Source: Harriotta raleighana (lineage: Eukaryota). Taken from it: a DNA stretch of 64,000 nucleotides. Under the pieces are notes generated by a model. It was not told the origin of the DNA. It saw only the letters and a list, made by a program, of their open reading frames with translations, and ran no database searches. Where the stretch lies: the NCBI GenBank assembly GCA_050575255.1, contig JBNZDD010013714.1:4619600-4683599 (forward strand). Direction: 5' to 3'. This document shows positions 11,649 through 25,756 of this stretch, piece after piece; the first letter of the stretch is position 1, and every line of letters starts with the position of its first letter. The position numbers and the translations under genes are program-made.

Positions 11649-14415
11649 GCTAAATATATTGGCAGGAATATAATTTCCCCCTGTCTTTGACAGTATAGAA
11701 TGACCAGCAGGGGCCAGAGAAGGGGCCTGCCAGGTGACGAAGGGGAAGGTCAATAGTAAAACTGACCTTCAACCCAATTAGCCTTTTCTCACAGCAGTGA
11801 TTTGAAGAGTGCAGATGAGACCCAGTTCCTACCGGCCTTGTTCCTGCCACAGTAGATAAATCCAGAGTGTGAGACCATTGCAGTCAAGATTGCAGTCAGA
11901 AGTCCTGTATTCAATGGGATAGAAATTCAGCCATGTGTGATACCTGTGTATATATATCTATATACTGTATATATATTTATATATTTTTTAAAGATTGAGC
12001 TTCTTACCTCTTCTCGATCCCCCCATTAACTGTTTATAACTTGAGTGGACAAATTAGAACATGCGCTGCATACCAGTGAAGGTCAAAAATGTGATTTAAA
12101 TCCATCTGTAAAGATGAAAAGATTAGTAAGGTAACCAGTAGTAAATCCACTATTGCCAACCCTGGGGCGACCGAGGCCTTTTAGTTTGGATTGCCTGCCC
12201 AATAATTGCATTGTTGAAGTTCAAAGAACGAAAGAAAGCTGCCCTCACCAATCCAACTCAAGTGAAAACAACATTTCTGAAGTCTTAGCTCCCAAATTCT
12301 GTGCAAAAGATTCCAAGAATGTTTCCTGGTCACTCATTTTGAAAACAGAATAGAGTCCTTTTATCTGCTACAGTTTATGGCAAGTAATGTATGTTTGGCC
12401 CAGGCTAGTTGAACCTCTCCACTAGTATTCCATCTTCCTAACCAATCAGACATGTCTCTATGTCATAACTCATCTTGCATTGTAACCTTGATAAGTTTTG
12501 ACGTATTAACTGACCTTGTTATGGCAAGTATGTTCTTATATTATACAAGACCATGCATGCCAACCTGATACCCAATGGATTATATTTGTCTTTAAAAGAC
12601 AGAAAAGATAATTTCTCCAAGATCATACAGTATCTCCATATAACATATCTAATGTCTCTTTTACATAGACATATGAATACTTTAACAATATCGTATTCAC
12701 ATATCTTAATTTTCTTTGCCTCTTTAGGAATTTATATGGGTATTTAAGACCTGAAAGCCCATGGATTCATCTTTATCAATGTAATAATGCATCGTTATTG
12801 TGGACTCACAAACACTGAGAGCTGAGCGGCTGAGTAACTCTTCCCTCTGTAGCTGATTACAGAACTTGGACCATCTGTTCCCTGTTGTAGGTTGTTAAGC
12901 ATAAAACGCAGCCAATACAAATGGCCCTGCTTGATGTTTGTTTGCATAAATTGTTCTGAAAGCTTCATGAAGAGTTTAAGGGTTTGCTAGCAGCAACAGC
13001 ACACAATGATGAGATCTATAAAGTTGGCAGCTTTAACAAACATAACTATTTACAATGGTGTTTGCGAGCCTGGACATGTGCATTTATAAAAGGTGGACCT
13101 AAGAAAAGAGATTAATTTTTAATGTGCACGAATCCCAAACTGTAAAATAAACAGGCAATTGTACCTCATCATTTTTTCACAGTAATAATTCTTGGTTTAA
13201 ATGACTTGACCTGCCTCCTTTCATCTTCAGGTAAATCAGCTCCAGTTGTGAGCTGGTCCAAGAGCTTATGTAGATTTACAAAGAGACTTAAAGCTCTACA
13301 TTACACTGCCAGTTAGGGCATTTATACTGATGACAGTTAAATTGTTGAGCCCTCTGCAACTTATTTAGTGCACAGACACTATGGGTCCTCTGACGACCTC
13401 CTGCAAATGCAAGCCACATGTGCCTAAATATATCCTTTGTACATATTACTTCATTTAAAACACTTCTGTTAACTCTCAACTCAAACCTTCTGTTTGTCAT
13501 GTCATACTACACTAATTATTTTTTATTGCTTTATTTTAATTAAATGTTAGAATTTTTTTAGCCATCATACTACTAATGGAGTGTCTCTCTGTCCGCTTTC
13601 TATGACAAGATCATTTTTTAAAAGTTTACAGAGGAAATACTATACATAAATCAATATTCAGTGTGAGACTTTGACTTTGTTTTCCTTTGCACTGAAGACC
13701 TGGCACAATCTAATGTGTATGTAAGCTTTTGGGGGCTTCGGTTTGCGTTTAAAATGTATGACGGAATGAATGATTATTTGCTGTCAGATTTTCTATTCCA
13801 ATTTAAGCCAAAGTGCAAATCAAAGGCAACACATTACTTTTCAAAAGCCCATGGCAGCAAAAATATGAACCGTCTGAGCTGCACAGTGAATAAAATGTAC
13901 TCCACAGTACATCACAACTCTGTTAAAAGCTCCATAAATGATGAAGTATTTCACATGCCACCTAATGCGAGTACTGTATATCCTATATAGGAGACTGACT
14001 GCCTCCACATGTAATGCTAGTTTTGGTTGTGGGGGTGGAGTATGGTTCTTATTTCCACAATGAAAGCTGACTGTACAATTGATGAAAATCAAAATTGTGA
14101 GTGAATTATGATCGGCCACATGAGTGGAAATAAAAATCATATTACACGAGTTATTCAGCCTTCTATTTAAAATAAATGCAGCAGCAAAAAACATAATTCC
14201 TTGGGAGTTCCCCCACCCCCCTCCTCCATCTGCTGCCACTATTGCTCTTGTTTCAAAATCTCCCAAATCTGTTTTGTGATGTTTCCAGCCCATTAACATC
14301 AGAGTTGGATGTTGCTATTAATATTTGAGAGGAGGCACATTCAGCTGGCTACTGCCAACTGGGCAAGGAACCCCCAGCCAGTCACAGGGTCCTACAGTTC
14401 AATCAGAAAGCAGTG

Positions 14416-14843
14416 AATAATAATAAAACAAATTGTCTTTGCATTTGATGTAGGGCCTTCCACATCGGAAGGACGCCTCAAAGCGCTTCATAGGATTTTA
14501 CAGCAAACTGTAGTGATTGTGTATATTTGTAGATAAAGATAGCAGCCAAGTTGAGCCAGCAAGGTCCTCCAAAGAGCTATGAGGTGAATAAACAATTTTA
14601 TCTGGGGCACAGCCAGGAGAAATAGTGCTATTACAAAATCCATTTTCTTTTATCAAATTGTGCCATTTAACATCCACCTGAACAGTCACACAGGATCTCA
14701 GTTCAATGTCTCATCCAAAATATGGAACCTCTTGACACACACTCCTTGCAAACACACCATGTGACAGCATAGATTATATGAGTGGAACCCACAACCTTAC
14801 AGCTCAAAAGAGACGAGTGCTATCAACTGAGCCAGACTGACAC
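14416..14843 (-). mobile_element. Near full-length Deu-domain SINE (family B)
   Basis: tRNA head at the right end (gagtgctatcaactgagccagactgacac), decayed Deu core (tttaacatccacctgaacag...atgtctcatccaaaa), shared tail at the left. Confidence 0.85.
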
Positions 14844-15789
14844 AGTTCTTATAGACATGGTGCAGCTTTCACAAACTTGTGGGATATCTGATCATCCGGA
14901 CAGGTCTTAGATTGGAGCAATGAATGCATCAGCAAGTTTTCAGTTTTTCTACAGGGTTATAGAATGACTTAACTTATTCCTTCACTCCCCTCTTCCATCC
15001 ACTTCTCTCAGAGCCCAAACATTGTTTTAACTCGATGCCTTTAGGCAGAGTTTGCAGATTTTAGATTCATAATTTGCAATGACTCTGGTTTACTACAAGT
15101 GAGACACTATTTGTGTGGATCTAGGTGTTATACACAACCCAATATGTTTCTGATTACCAACCAGTTATTTTTAGGATTTTATTCCTCTCTCCTACTGCCA
15201 CGCCTTAATACTGCCTTAATACTAGTCGAAAAAAAAGTCCATCTCTTTTATAGAGGTCAAATGACTAATTTCTAGCTCATTAAACTGATTTGTTTCCATC
15301 ATTGGATGGCATTTGATTGGATGACTCAATTTACGACTGGCAGATTTACTCCTATACTGGAAGATTACAACACCCACATTACCACTTTTGGTGTAAATTG
15401 GGAGGTTTTTTGCTGGTTTACTTCCAAAATGTCTCTTATGCCCTTTGCCCATAGGGGGAAAAAAATACCTTTATCCATTGGGAGTCACACAAATTTTATT
15501 AGTCTTATAGTTAAGCTCTTTTGGGGGATTAGTCCCATGATCGAACTGTGAAAACTAGTAGGCTAAGGTAGAATGGGAGCAGTGGCAAAAATATGATAGA
15601 CATAAAAAGGTCAATGGTTGGAGGCCATCTAGGTTACTTTGTGGAACCCGGTAACATTGTTGTGCAGTTCAATCAATAGTTCAATGCTGAACCTTTGCCA
15701 CTGAAATTTTTGTCCCCTTTGTTGTGAATCTTGCTGCATAAAATGTGTGTGCATTCTTTGTCGGAATATAATAAATAGCGATACTGTAA

Positions 15790-15940
15790 TAAGATAATAA
15801 TTGCAGTTGATTTACCGCCTTATCACACCCTTAAGATATTACGCAGAGCTTCACATGATATACAGTAAACTGATTGGTTGTGTGTATTTTCATAGCGAAG
15901 GCAGCCAATATAAACACAGCAATTTCCCACAAACAGCCAT
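15790..15940 (-). mobile_element. SINE 3' half
   Basis: aataattgcagttgatttaccgccttatcac...ggcagccaat...cccacaaacagccatg. Confidence 0.75.
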
Positions 15941-16404
15941 GCAATTTTCTTTATTGTTGCTAAGGACACTACGAGAAACTTCGGTCTTAAAATATTAAAT
16001 AATATATGATTTAAGATGCATTTGAAATCTTGTCAGTGATTCAATACTCAATTGTGTGCTCAATTTATTTGTTTCCCTTGACAGATCAGAACTTTGGGAA
16101 AATAGTTCTAAGTGGAATGGAAAGAGCAATGTCAACATTATTTTCCAGCTGTGTGTGTCTCTTAGGGGTGGAAATACTGCAATGATAAATAGATAAAAGA
16201 GAAATATTTTACTATAACTGGAATATTATTAAAAGTGGATCACAGAGTATCGCGTGAAACCGACCCATTAACATACAGCATCTTGTCCTGTTGGCCTGGA
16301 TTACATTTACAATTAAATTAAAGTCAAATTTGATTTAAAGTCCTTCTTAGTTCATGTCATATCAATGAATCTGCCCCAGAAGGAGTGAGACTAAAATGCT
16401 GAAA

Positions 16405-16463
16405 ATAATAATCCTTGTTATAACATCTTCAGGTCAAGGGTGTCACAGAATTTACTGTAAAGT
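16405..16463 (-). mobile_element. SINE tail fragment
   Basis: aataataatccttg...tcacagaatttactgtaaagt. Confidence 0.55.
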
Positions 16464-16789
16464 ATCCACCCAAACACCAACCTCCTTGGAGGGAGGTAGG
16501 TAGAGTTTCCTTGGAGCTGAGCTGGCTCCCAGGTGACTTACTTGGCAAAGAATCTTTGAAATTGAGTCAATCCTTTGTGGTTATCTCAGTTGTTCCTGAA
16601 CCAGATATCAGGGCATTCATATAACAAACTAGCCAGCTTGGCTCATGAGCAGGACTTGAGAAGAATGATAGACAGGTGAAGGAGAAATGATTTGTCCCAT
16701 GCAATTTCCGTAACCTTACATGCCAAAGTGATAATGTTTAGTGTGGTCTTAGCTGGATGAACCAACAACCGTGGAGGTCCCCCAAGAGT

Positions 16790-16900
16790 TGCACTGGAGT
16801 GTTAGCCTAGACTGTGTATTCAAAATCTCAAAATATGGCTTGAGCCCACGATCCTCTGACTGAGAGACAAGATTGCTACCAACTGAGCCAAACTGACATC
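16790..16900 (-). mobile_element. Family B SINE tRNA head
   Basis: ggcttgagcccacgatcctctgactgagagacaagattgctaccaactgagccaaactgaca (A and B boxes on the minus strand). Confidence 0.8.
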
Positions 16901-17539
16901 AAGCTTGATTTCCATTTGCTGCGTTTATAATGCAGTCGATGCAAAAAGCACAGCTCTCGAATCATGTCTTGTTGTGGTTGTAATCAGGAGTGGGGCTCCA
17001 GCACTATTTGTATTAGCTCAAACTTCATTTATGCTGCACATCAGACAGCAAATCATAATGATTCACCTTAAACCTGCGGTATAAACTTAACATTACTGTC
17101 ACATTTGATATTTATTTTTCTATTCAAGAACATGAAAATAGAGATCAAGGCTTGAAGCATTACTGCTTATAGTTAGACTTCATGATCCATAGCCTGAAAG
17201 CTTTCCAATTGTTTGTGAAATGCTTCATAACAGCATCTCTGTTCTCTTTGGGGATTAAGCACAATGAACACAGTCGGCAGCCAAATCCACATAACAAAAA
17301 GGATTTCTGTTTTACACAACCTGAAGGGAACATACAATGTTCTAGGACCCATATTGATTCGTTTAATCTTCTCTTTGACTTTGAACACTGGATTCAATTT
17401 GAACATGGTAAAATGCTTCACATACTCATCACTGCAATTTCGAGAGGAAAATGCCCTTGTTTAAATGGAAGTACTAATTTAAAGACTATTTATCAGGAAT
17501 TCATCCTAAAAGTACATTACCAGTTCTCTCCAGTAAAAT

Positions 17540-17640
17540 ATAGAATACTGTGGCAGGGAACCAGGCTATTCGCACCAACTAGTCTGTGTCAATGTGCATT
17601 CTCCATACAAACACCCACCTCTCTTATTCCACTTTATTGG
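17540..17640 (-). mobile_element. CR1 3' end fragment
   Basis: atagaatactgtggcagggaaccaggctattcgcaccaactagtctgtgtc resembles 8836-8900. Confidence 0.55.
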
Positions 17641-19358
17641 ACTAATTCAGCAAGAATTTAAATATAATTGAATATATTTCGCATAGATAATACCTGGCCA
17701 AATCAAATCCCACATTTAGTCACATTAATTATATGGCAATGCTTGTTATTGCAAACTTCCACGATACTTTGACCCATGCTTAAGAGGTTAAGTAGAATAC
17801 AGGTGATATGCATCGCTAGAAAACAATAGGCAACATGTTCACAAGTTAGATTGTCCGGGACACAGTTCGACAGTTGTATAAATGGAAATTGTGATGATGT
17901 TGGAAGGATTGTGGCCCCTTATTTTGCCTGTATCCATTCTTTCTCTGACCCAGGGTTATGGACAGATGAGATAGCACGAGCCTGCTTTCTGTCATTGCTT
18001 CATTCCTTACTCTGACTCATTCAGATGAAGCTGTGGGAAGCAAGTGATAAAAAGTGAAACTTGTTTTGCACCTCATGAAAGAAAACAAAACTCGGAAAGA
18101 ATGTTTCCTGCTTGTCTTCAGACATTTGATAACCTTAATTGGCTCAGTCTGTCAACTATACATTGATTGTACCCACTAATAAAAGAGCTATTGATTGTCA
18201 CTTTATTTAATACTGATCTTCCTGGACTCCACTTCTGCCTAATGTTATTAGCACATCAACCTTTTCCTGTTTCAAGGCTTTCCTTAATATCATAAATAAT
18301 GTTGAATGCCAAACACTTTTACTCTACTTTGTAAATGGTTCTCTATTGGCATATTTAACCCCTTGTTCACTGAATATCCTTCAATCTTAATAACCCCTAA
18401 TGTTAAATACAACATCTTACGAACAACATTTTAAGATGAACCTGTACGGGATTTTTTTTCTTATATCATTATTCTAAACCCCAGCTAGACTGCAAATGCA
18501 TCAGAAATTCAACCAACTAAGTGACATGCCAAAAATACACAATTAAATATCCATGTTAAATCCTGATTAGAAATAATTATGAACCAGAAAATACTCTATT
18601 GGAGCATCAACTGTATTAATATTCTGCTTTGTATATTTTAGGTTTAAGGAAAATATATAGTTTGGTAAAAGAATTGGACATGTTCTTGGTATAAATACAA
18701 TGCAATATCATGTTGCTTTTACAACTTGTAACAATTGTCTAAAATATTAAATCAACAATACAACAAAAATTCTCACAAAAGAAGCTTTGAAATTCAATCC
18801 ATTAAATTTTCTCTTGCTGGCCCAGTTCAGAAGATCTTATACGTTAGTTAATATATTTTACTTTCTTCACAACTAAACACCTTGTTCGACCCTATTAATT
18901 TAACCATGTCAGTGACAGCCCTTTTTTTTGAAAGGAATGAAAAACTACATTGTTATATTTAACCAACAAATGGCAAACGTCAAAGAGTGTATTTGAGACA
19001 CAGTTCATAGATCTTTGGGTTCAGATGGCTTCACCTGCTTGAGTTCATAACATCATCTAAAGCCCTTAAAATGTAACTCCCTTGTCACTCGCATCTAGCC
19101 ATCCATTATTGGATACATTATATACCGCTGAGAGTTAAGCAGCTGGTTTTAACTAGCTCCACATAACTTATATAGAATAATTCAGTCAGTCTAAGGTTAA
19201 TTTTCTGTGCCTGAAGTCTTTGAATAGAATGCGTTTCATCAGCGCAGTTTCATTCGTCTAGGTACAAATCAGGGCTGTGTTTGACAGGTCTTTACTTCCT
19301 GTTTTCAATTAGTTGAATGTCTCATTGAGGCTGGTGATGCACCACTTTCTCACACAAC

Positions 19359-19379
19359 ATGGTTTTGTGTTCAGTCCGG
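19359..19379 (+). CDS. Candidate short first coding exon (MVLCSVR), gene unknown
   Basis: Strong Kozak aacATGg, 7 open codons, then consensus donor CGG|GTAAGT; peptide not recognised. Confidence 0.2.
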
Positions 19380-19558
19380 GTAAGTCTTCATTCGCAAACT
19401 ATTTTTCTTTGTTGCTCTTGAGCTTTGGAATAAACTTTGTGGTGCCCCGTTTGCGTGAATACTGTAGCATTGTATACTGAAACATGATAGGTGAGTTGAT
19501 CAGCAATGGGCTGGTATTAAAGACTTTATTAAAATATACTTGAATCATTGCAAAACGT

Positions 19559-19712
19559 TAACAATAACCCTTCCTATAGTGCCTTATCGCATTGGCAGAA
19601 CATTTCCAAAGATTTTCCAAATGTAATTTTTTTTACGGAAACCTGGCAACTAATTTGTGCACTTCAGTCCCACAAACAGCCGCAAAAGTGAATGGCCCAT
19701 TTTATTTGGGAG
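19559..19712 (-). mobile_element. SINE 3' half
   Basis: tatagtgccttatcgc...tggcaactaatttgtgcac...gtcccacaaacagcc. Confidence 0.7.
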
Positions 19713-20073
19713 ATAATAATAATCCTTGCATTTGATATAGCACCTTATCACGTCTTCTACACATCTCAAAATGCTTCACAGAATCTACTGTAAAATTAAT
19801 TTACTGTGTATTTGTGGGTGAATTGTTGGTCAGGACACAGGAGAAACACCGTTCTCTTTTAGAAAAGTACAAGAAACTTTTCAACATCCACCTGAACAGG
19901 CTGGTTTGTAAACTTACCATCTAAAGGCCATCGCCTCCATCAATTCAACCCAAGCCCCAAGTTACACTGAAGCATTAGTCTAGATTATATGAGCTCAGTG
20001 CCCCAACGGGGGCTTGAACACACAATCTTCTGATTTAAAGGCGAGATTGCTACCAACTGAGCTAGGCTGACAC
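19713..20073 (-). mobile_element. Near full-length Deu-domain SINE (family B)
   Basis: Head ggggcttgaacacacaatcttctgatttaaaggcgagattgctaccaactgagctaggctgacac, Deu core and tail aataataatccttgcatttgatatagcacc. Confidence 0.9.
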
Positions 20074-20914
20074 TTGACACAATTGACACATAAAGCAGTG
20101 TAGGAGGGTATTATTCCACTTTTCAAAACAGAGGCACTTGAGGAATTACCAGACGGGTTTCCTGCCACTCCGATATCCCGCCAGCACACCTAGCACTTCA
20201 TCCACAGGAGTCAGTCTACAGGCACTGGTTCATCACTCACAGCCAATGTAATGTTCACTTTCCTCCTTGCACCACTCAGATATGGAGCTTGTATCACTAC
20301 CCCAGGGAAGATTCATTCATGACAAACTATTTTTGACTTGTTGAGACACATAATTACTTTAGCAGCAGGACAGGTCTTACATCACAAAGGTATCCATGAA
20401 GTAGTATAGTGTCATCTGTCAAAGTATGCAGGACAAGATTCTTTTTTTGGGGGACCTTGCATACGTAGAGGTTTTTGTCTTTGGAAGAAACCAATCCCCA
20501 TTGGATCGACACCGTGAGCAAGTCCCAGAGGAAGTTTTCCAAATGAGTTTCATGACTATTGGTGATTTTCAGTATGTGGTCTTGCAATATTTCTTATGTA
20601 GACAAATAGTCAGGACATCTGTTCAAAGGCTTACTGCCAATTGAAATCAACTAAGGTCTTTTAAATTAGTCCCAGCAGATATAACTTGGACACTTTAAAT
20701 TATTAACAATCGGTTTAAAGTGATTTAATTGTTTACTGTATCTCTGCAGACAGAGTTCTCAGACTGCCTCTCATTTTACAAACCAGAAGATTGCAAATCC
20801 CACTTTGTAAAATAAACGTAGCTATACATGATTAAGGAATGGTTTTCACTCTGCTCGGAAACTTGCAGTAACTTTGCAGATGGGCAATGACTGTTTCCCT
20901 AATGCTTCTGACCA

Positions 20915-21000
20915 GCAATAATAAGGATCCTTGCATTTGATCGCATTGTCGAGACATCTCAAAGCTTTTCACAGAATATATTGTAAAGTGAATTGACTAG
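20915..21000 (-). mobile_element. SINE tail fragment
   Basis: atccttgcatttgat...gagacatctcaaagcttttcacagaatatattgtaaagtgaattgact. Confidence 0.8.
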
Positions 21001-22737
21001 AACAAACCAACTGTGATTCTCAGGTTATAATATTTACTGTATGTTGGGTGACTGGATGAATCAAATGCAACGATTATGATTACACAAATACCTTTCTGTG
21101 CAATATTAAATTTGAAAAATTATAACTCACCTATATTTCAGCTTTGTCCCTGATTTTATTTCAAAACAAACAACTGCACAGAAACAACTATAAAATAAAG
21201 GCCATTCCATTTAATAGGAAATGACAAACAAACATGCTGTTTCTATTCAAGCAAGTGTACAACTGTCTTATACTTAAATTGGGATTTACATCGGCAGGAC
21301 TTGCTTTATCAGAAACATGCTTGTATTTGGTTTACATGTATGTAGATGTCACTTTAGTTGAGAACTGAAGAGAGATGAGACATAATTTGTACTGAATTGA
21401 ACAGAATTTAAAGGTCTTCAATGTCATCAAAGGATTAATGTAAGTGCAACATTAATGTTGATACAGTTAATAAAACAAAGAAAATATTCAACCATCATTT
21501 CAAAGTCTATGAATTAAAAGTTATATTCATCAATGATAATTTTCCAAACAATATCAGAATTGTATTAATGTACAATTTGTACAGTTAGGAGACTTATCCT
21601 TCCTCTCCCATATAACCAGTGATTTTGTAGAAATGCAACAGTACCACTGTACTCACCAAATCAAGATGATGTTCGAAACATTTGCATTAGGAGCTTGTCA
21701 AGAGTTTGGTTAATTCTTAATAATGGATGTCTGGAAATGAGTTCCAAACTGGTAACCCTTTGAGGGGTTCAGTTGACACCATGAGCCATGAGAGCAGAGG
21801 TCAAATAATTTATGGAGATTATCTGACCCCCACAATGTGTTACTGCTTTGAAAATTACTCTGGCACAATTTATTTATAATGCATCCAATATTAAAAGGCC
21901 CTACATATATATGATTAAAGGAAGACATTTAGATGTGTCAAAGGTAATAGATGATTGACAGGCAGAAAGAAATCACGTTTGTAACCAGTTGACCTGAAAC
22001 TATCAGAAGTTTTATTTCCCAGTGGGAAAAAGAAAGTATGATTCATACCAGAATAACATTTACTGGATATAATATTTTAAAAACACAGGTTTTACAAATT
22101 CAGATTAAACATAGTTATTGCTTTTGTCCAGTTTTATAACCAATATGTGGCCTAAAATCTACATTAGATTGAAAAAACATAGAGGCATTTCAAGATCATA
22201 ATCCGTTTAGCATCACTGGCTCAATGCTTTTGTCATTTAATTGCACAGCGAAATACCAGACCTGATGGTTTTAGCAGTGATTCTCTGCAGTTGAATATTT
22301 AAAATCACAATAACAAAAGATGACCAAGGACAACCCTATGGTACAATCAGGAAACATATTAGTACAGAGTCGAGCATCGAGAAATCTTGTCTGCAGACCC
22401 AGCCCAAACTAAAATTTACGGGCCACCTTCCCCTAACTGTTGAGCTGCTCCTCTCTTTCAGGTATTCAGATGAGACATCAAGTGGAGCAAAGATACTATC
22501 TTTGTGGAAAGAAGAATGTGAAATCAATAGATGTTGTTTCTCTGATCACACTTAAAGGCTGTCCACTGCCTGGCCACAGTCCAGCATTTGTGAAGGTTAT
22601 GAAGGTAGTTTTCTAGATAACTAGGCGTGTGATATACAGTACACCCTTTCCTTTAAAGGAACAAGATCAGAGTAGACACTGATCCAATCTAACCAAAATT
22701 GATCAGGTTAAACCAACACTTTTTTTTGAATATTCTC

Positions 22738-22870
22738 AATTTATGGCTGCCGCGTTTTGTCCACAAAATATACAATCAACTCACTTTACAGTATATTCTG
22801 TGAAGCGCTTTGAGACATCTTGAAGATGTGATAAGGCTCTATATCAAATGCAAGCATTGCTATGTTATTT
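22738..22870 (+). mobile_element. SINE 3' half
   Basis: tggctgccgcgttttgtccacaaaatatac...gaagcgctttgagacatc...gataaggctctatatcaaatgcaag. Confidence 0.85.
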
Positions 22871-24904
22871 ATTGAGTTAGAAATATGTCATGCATTCTCA
22901 AATATCATTGATAATTAGCTAAACTGTTTATGTGGCAGGATTGATCAAAAACATCATTCAATCTTGTTCATCACTGTCTATTTTGTCCAAATGTGAAATG
23001 GGCAAATATTGGCCACTTCTACCCTGTGGTTACTTTTAATTAAAATGCTAGCCTTGCTGAAACACTGCTAACTTTATTTGGTTTATTATTATTAATGCAA
23101 TAAGGTACATTTGGGAGTCACATTTAGTATGAAAATGTGCTGTATTCGTTTTAAGACCATGTTCTTTCTGCATCCCAAAACAAAACAAATCCCAATGCAA
23201 CTTATTGAGAGTGACAGAGGGAACATTATGTCACAAGAAGAATTGGTTTGTTTTCATTTCTTGTGGTTGAATGCTCAATTAACTAATACCCAGCAAACCT
23301 TCGTTCTGCACTCAACCACTTGCTCAATCAAACTTGCTGAAAACAAACCCGTTCTTGTTCGTCAGCCACAGTACTAGCACTCCAAAGAGCAATGTCCCAT
23401 TCATAAAATAACTGCCTCGTGAGCCAAGCATGAAAGCGTTGATGCACTTGTATTCTTTCTTTTTAATTTAGCAAAACATTCTCGAAGTTTCTACTTGTAG
23501 ATATTTTGTGCCAGAAACAATGAAGGGGGGGAGAGGGCAGGGAGAGAGGAAAAGATCAAAAATTTGCATAACATTGTCAATAATAATAAGGCTGTTATTC
23601 TAAAAGGCTAAACTAATTCTGTGCAACTTCTATCAGGAAGTGCTCAGGTTCTACAGTATATTATTTTCTTAATCATGTCACCAAATCCTGTGTCTAACTA
23701 TATTGATTATTATGAAAGTATTTTATAGATTCAATATTAATACATACCTTTGGTTTTCAAGAAATAAGATGACTTCATATTATTAAAACAAAGACCTCTC
23801 TCAGTGTCAACGTTTCAAATAAATCATTTTCATAACTTGTTTATGTTGATCAATAGATTTCATTAAAGCTGATCAATAGATGCATTTGCTTAAAGATGAA
23901 GCTATGTATAAATTTTCAATAATTGCTTTACAAATAAGACATCCACATGCTCTCTTCTTGCGAATCTGTACCATTTTATAAAGTCATATATCATAATAAA
24001 TCATTAGCTCATAGTAGTATTGCCTTTCATTGATCTTGTATCTATATTTACAGCTGCAAGAGGTGACGTTTATGGTGTAAGGAAAACAGCTTGTGAAAAA
24101 GCTGTAAAGTCGGGGTATTAGGCTATTAATTCTGGAAAAATATAGTGCACTAATGTTGTATTAAAATAAATCCTTTCTTGTTGTATTATCTAATTTTGGA
24201 AGACATTATGTATGTGTTGTAGATCAATGGCAATACAATAGCCATTTTGGTACAAATAATGGCAAGCATCACATTATTGTTAAAATTTGGCTTTTGCTCT
24301 AAATGTTATAGTACAGTATTTCTCTTCCTTAAATAGAGTAGGGAATCATCATAATGTCTGCAAGTGATTTATTGTTTTTCTTGTAAAGCTTTTAAAAATT
24401 CATACTTATAGGATCTCGCAGTGCAACTTAAATAAGAAAATTAAAAACATGTGCGTTTAATCTTGAAAGATCATTTACAAGAGTTTAGATATTTGCCATA
24501 ATGCCACTTTTTGTCGCAATTAAAATATTTATAGTTTGGTTGACAGACCAAGGCTTCATTTGATAAGTGGTAAATACCACCTTTATGGCAACATTTAAAC
24601 TGAGAATATTCTGTGTTGCAAATAATATTGCAAGTGACAATATTGATCTTGCCACTGGGAAATTTTATCTACAGTCATAATCATAAATGAGTGCATTACA
24701 GAGCTTGAGAGATGAAATTTCCCATGTGTAGAAGATATCTATCGGCATTAGAGCCACATAAACCCAACCAGTACAGAGTAGTTTTACAACTTGTAACTCA
24801 AAGAGCATAACTCACAAAGTCGGACAACCCTTAAAGATGGGATGGAGAGAGACTATCAAGGAATCATTCCTATTCCATTATTTCAATTCTGGGACTCTGG
24901 AATT

Positions 24905-25030
24905 TTCATAAGACGTCCTCCTGACGTGAAAGGCGCTATATAAATATAATATATAAATAATATATAAATAAATAAAAATAAATAAATAAGATGCACTCCA
25001 AGATGTTGTCCTGCTTGTCGGGCATGTATA
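24905..25030 (+). mobile_element. SINE/L2-type tails with an A/T-rich simple repeat
   Basis: gacgtcctcctgacgtgaaaggcgctatataaat followed by (taaa)n; second tail tataaatgcaagtcgttgttg. Confidence 0.6.
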
Positions 25031-25756
25031 AATGCAAGTCGTTGTTGTCATTACTCACACCATACTATAGTACTACACTATATTACTACTATTACCTGTC
25101 AAGCTAATACTATCACAATTGTATTTTCACTCTGATAGACCATCTCTAGTTAGGGATGGCTTATGAATCCTTTGCCCTTATCCTTATTTCAAACTCCCCT
25201 CACCCTCGCCATTTTCCTGGTAGTCCCATTAAAAAGGTTTAATCATTGACTGAGGAAATCTAAAATGAAACCTGCTACACGTACCTTTTCTCAATCAGAA
25301 TTAGCTGACACCTCAATTCTCCCTGGCTTTGGGAGCAGAAACATGAACCTGGAAATTATAAACCAGTCTGTCTAATATACTACAGTATAAAGGTGCTTTC
25401 ATTGTTTACACGAACAGCTATCAGAAATATGCAGAAGCAATAGGTCCTTACTCATGAAGCTGTTGAAATTCTTTGATGTAAATTAATTTTTATATAAAGC
25501 CTCTCTAGTGAACATAACTTATTAGGATTTCCAGAAGGTATTTGATAAAATTTCCAATGAGAGTCGTTTTTGCAGTGTTTATTGCTCAGGGAAACCCACT
25601 GGCAGTGTAGCAATTTGGATTGGGAAGTCCGATATATATTTTGCACTCATGGCTTTGAGTAGAGGCCAAAAAAATTGGTTTAAATATTTTACTTTTATTA
25701 TTATACATGTAAATTTAAAGGTACTAGTTTTGTAATACAGTAGTTCAGCTACTGTG

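Noticed and set aside
19225-19260. Hammerhead ribozyme core (ctgatga on the minus strand; also 993, 6052, 9951 on plus)
   Set aside because: No stem II followed by GAAA with flanking helices could be built by eye.
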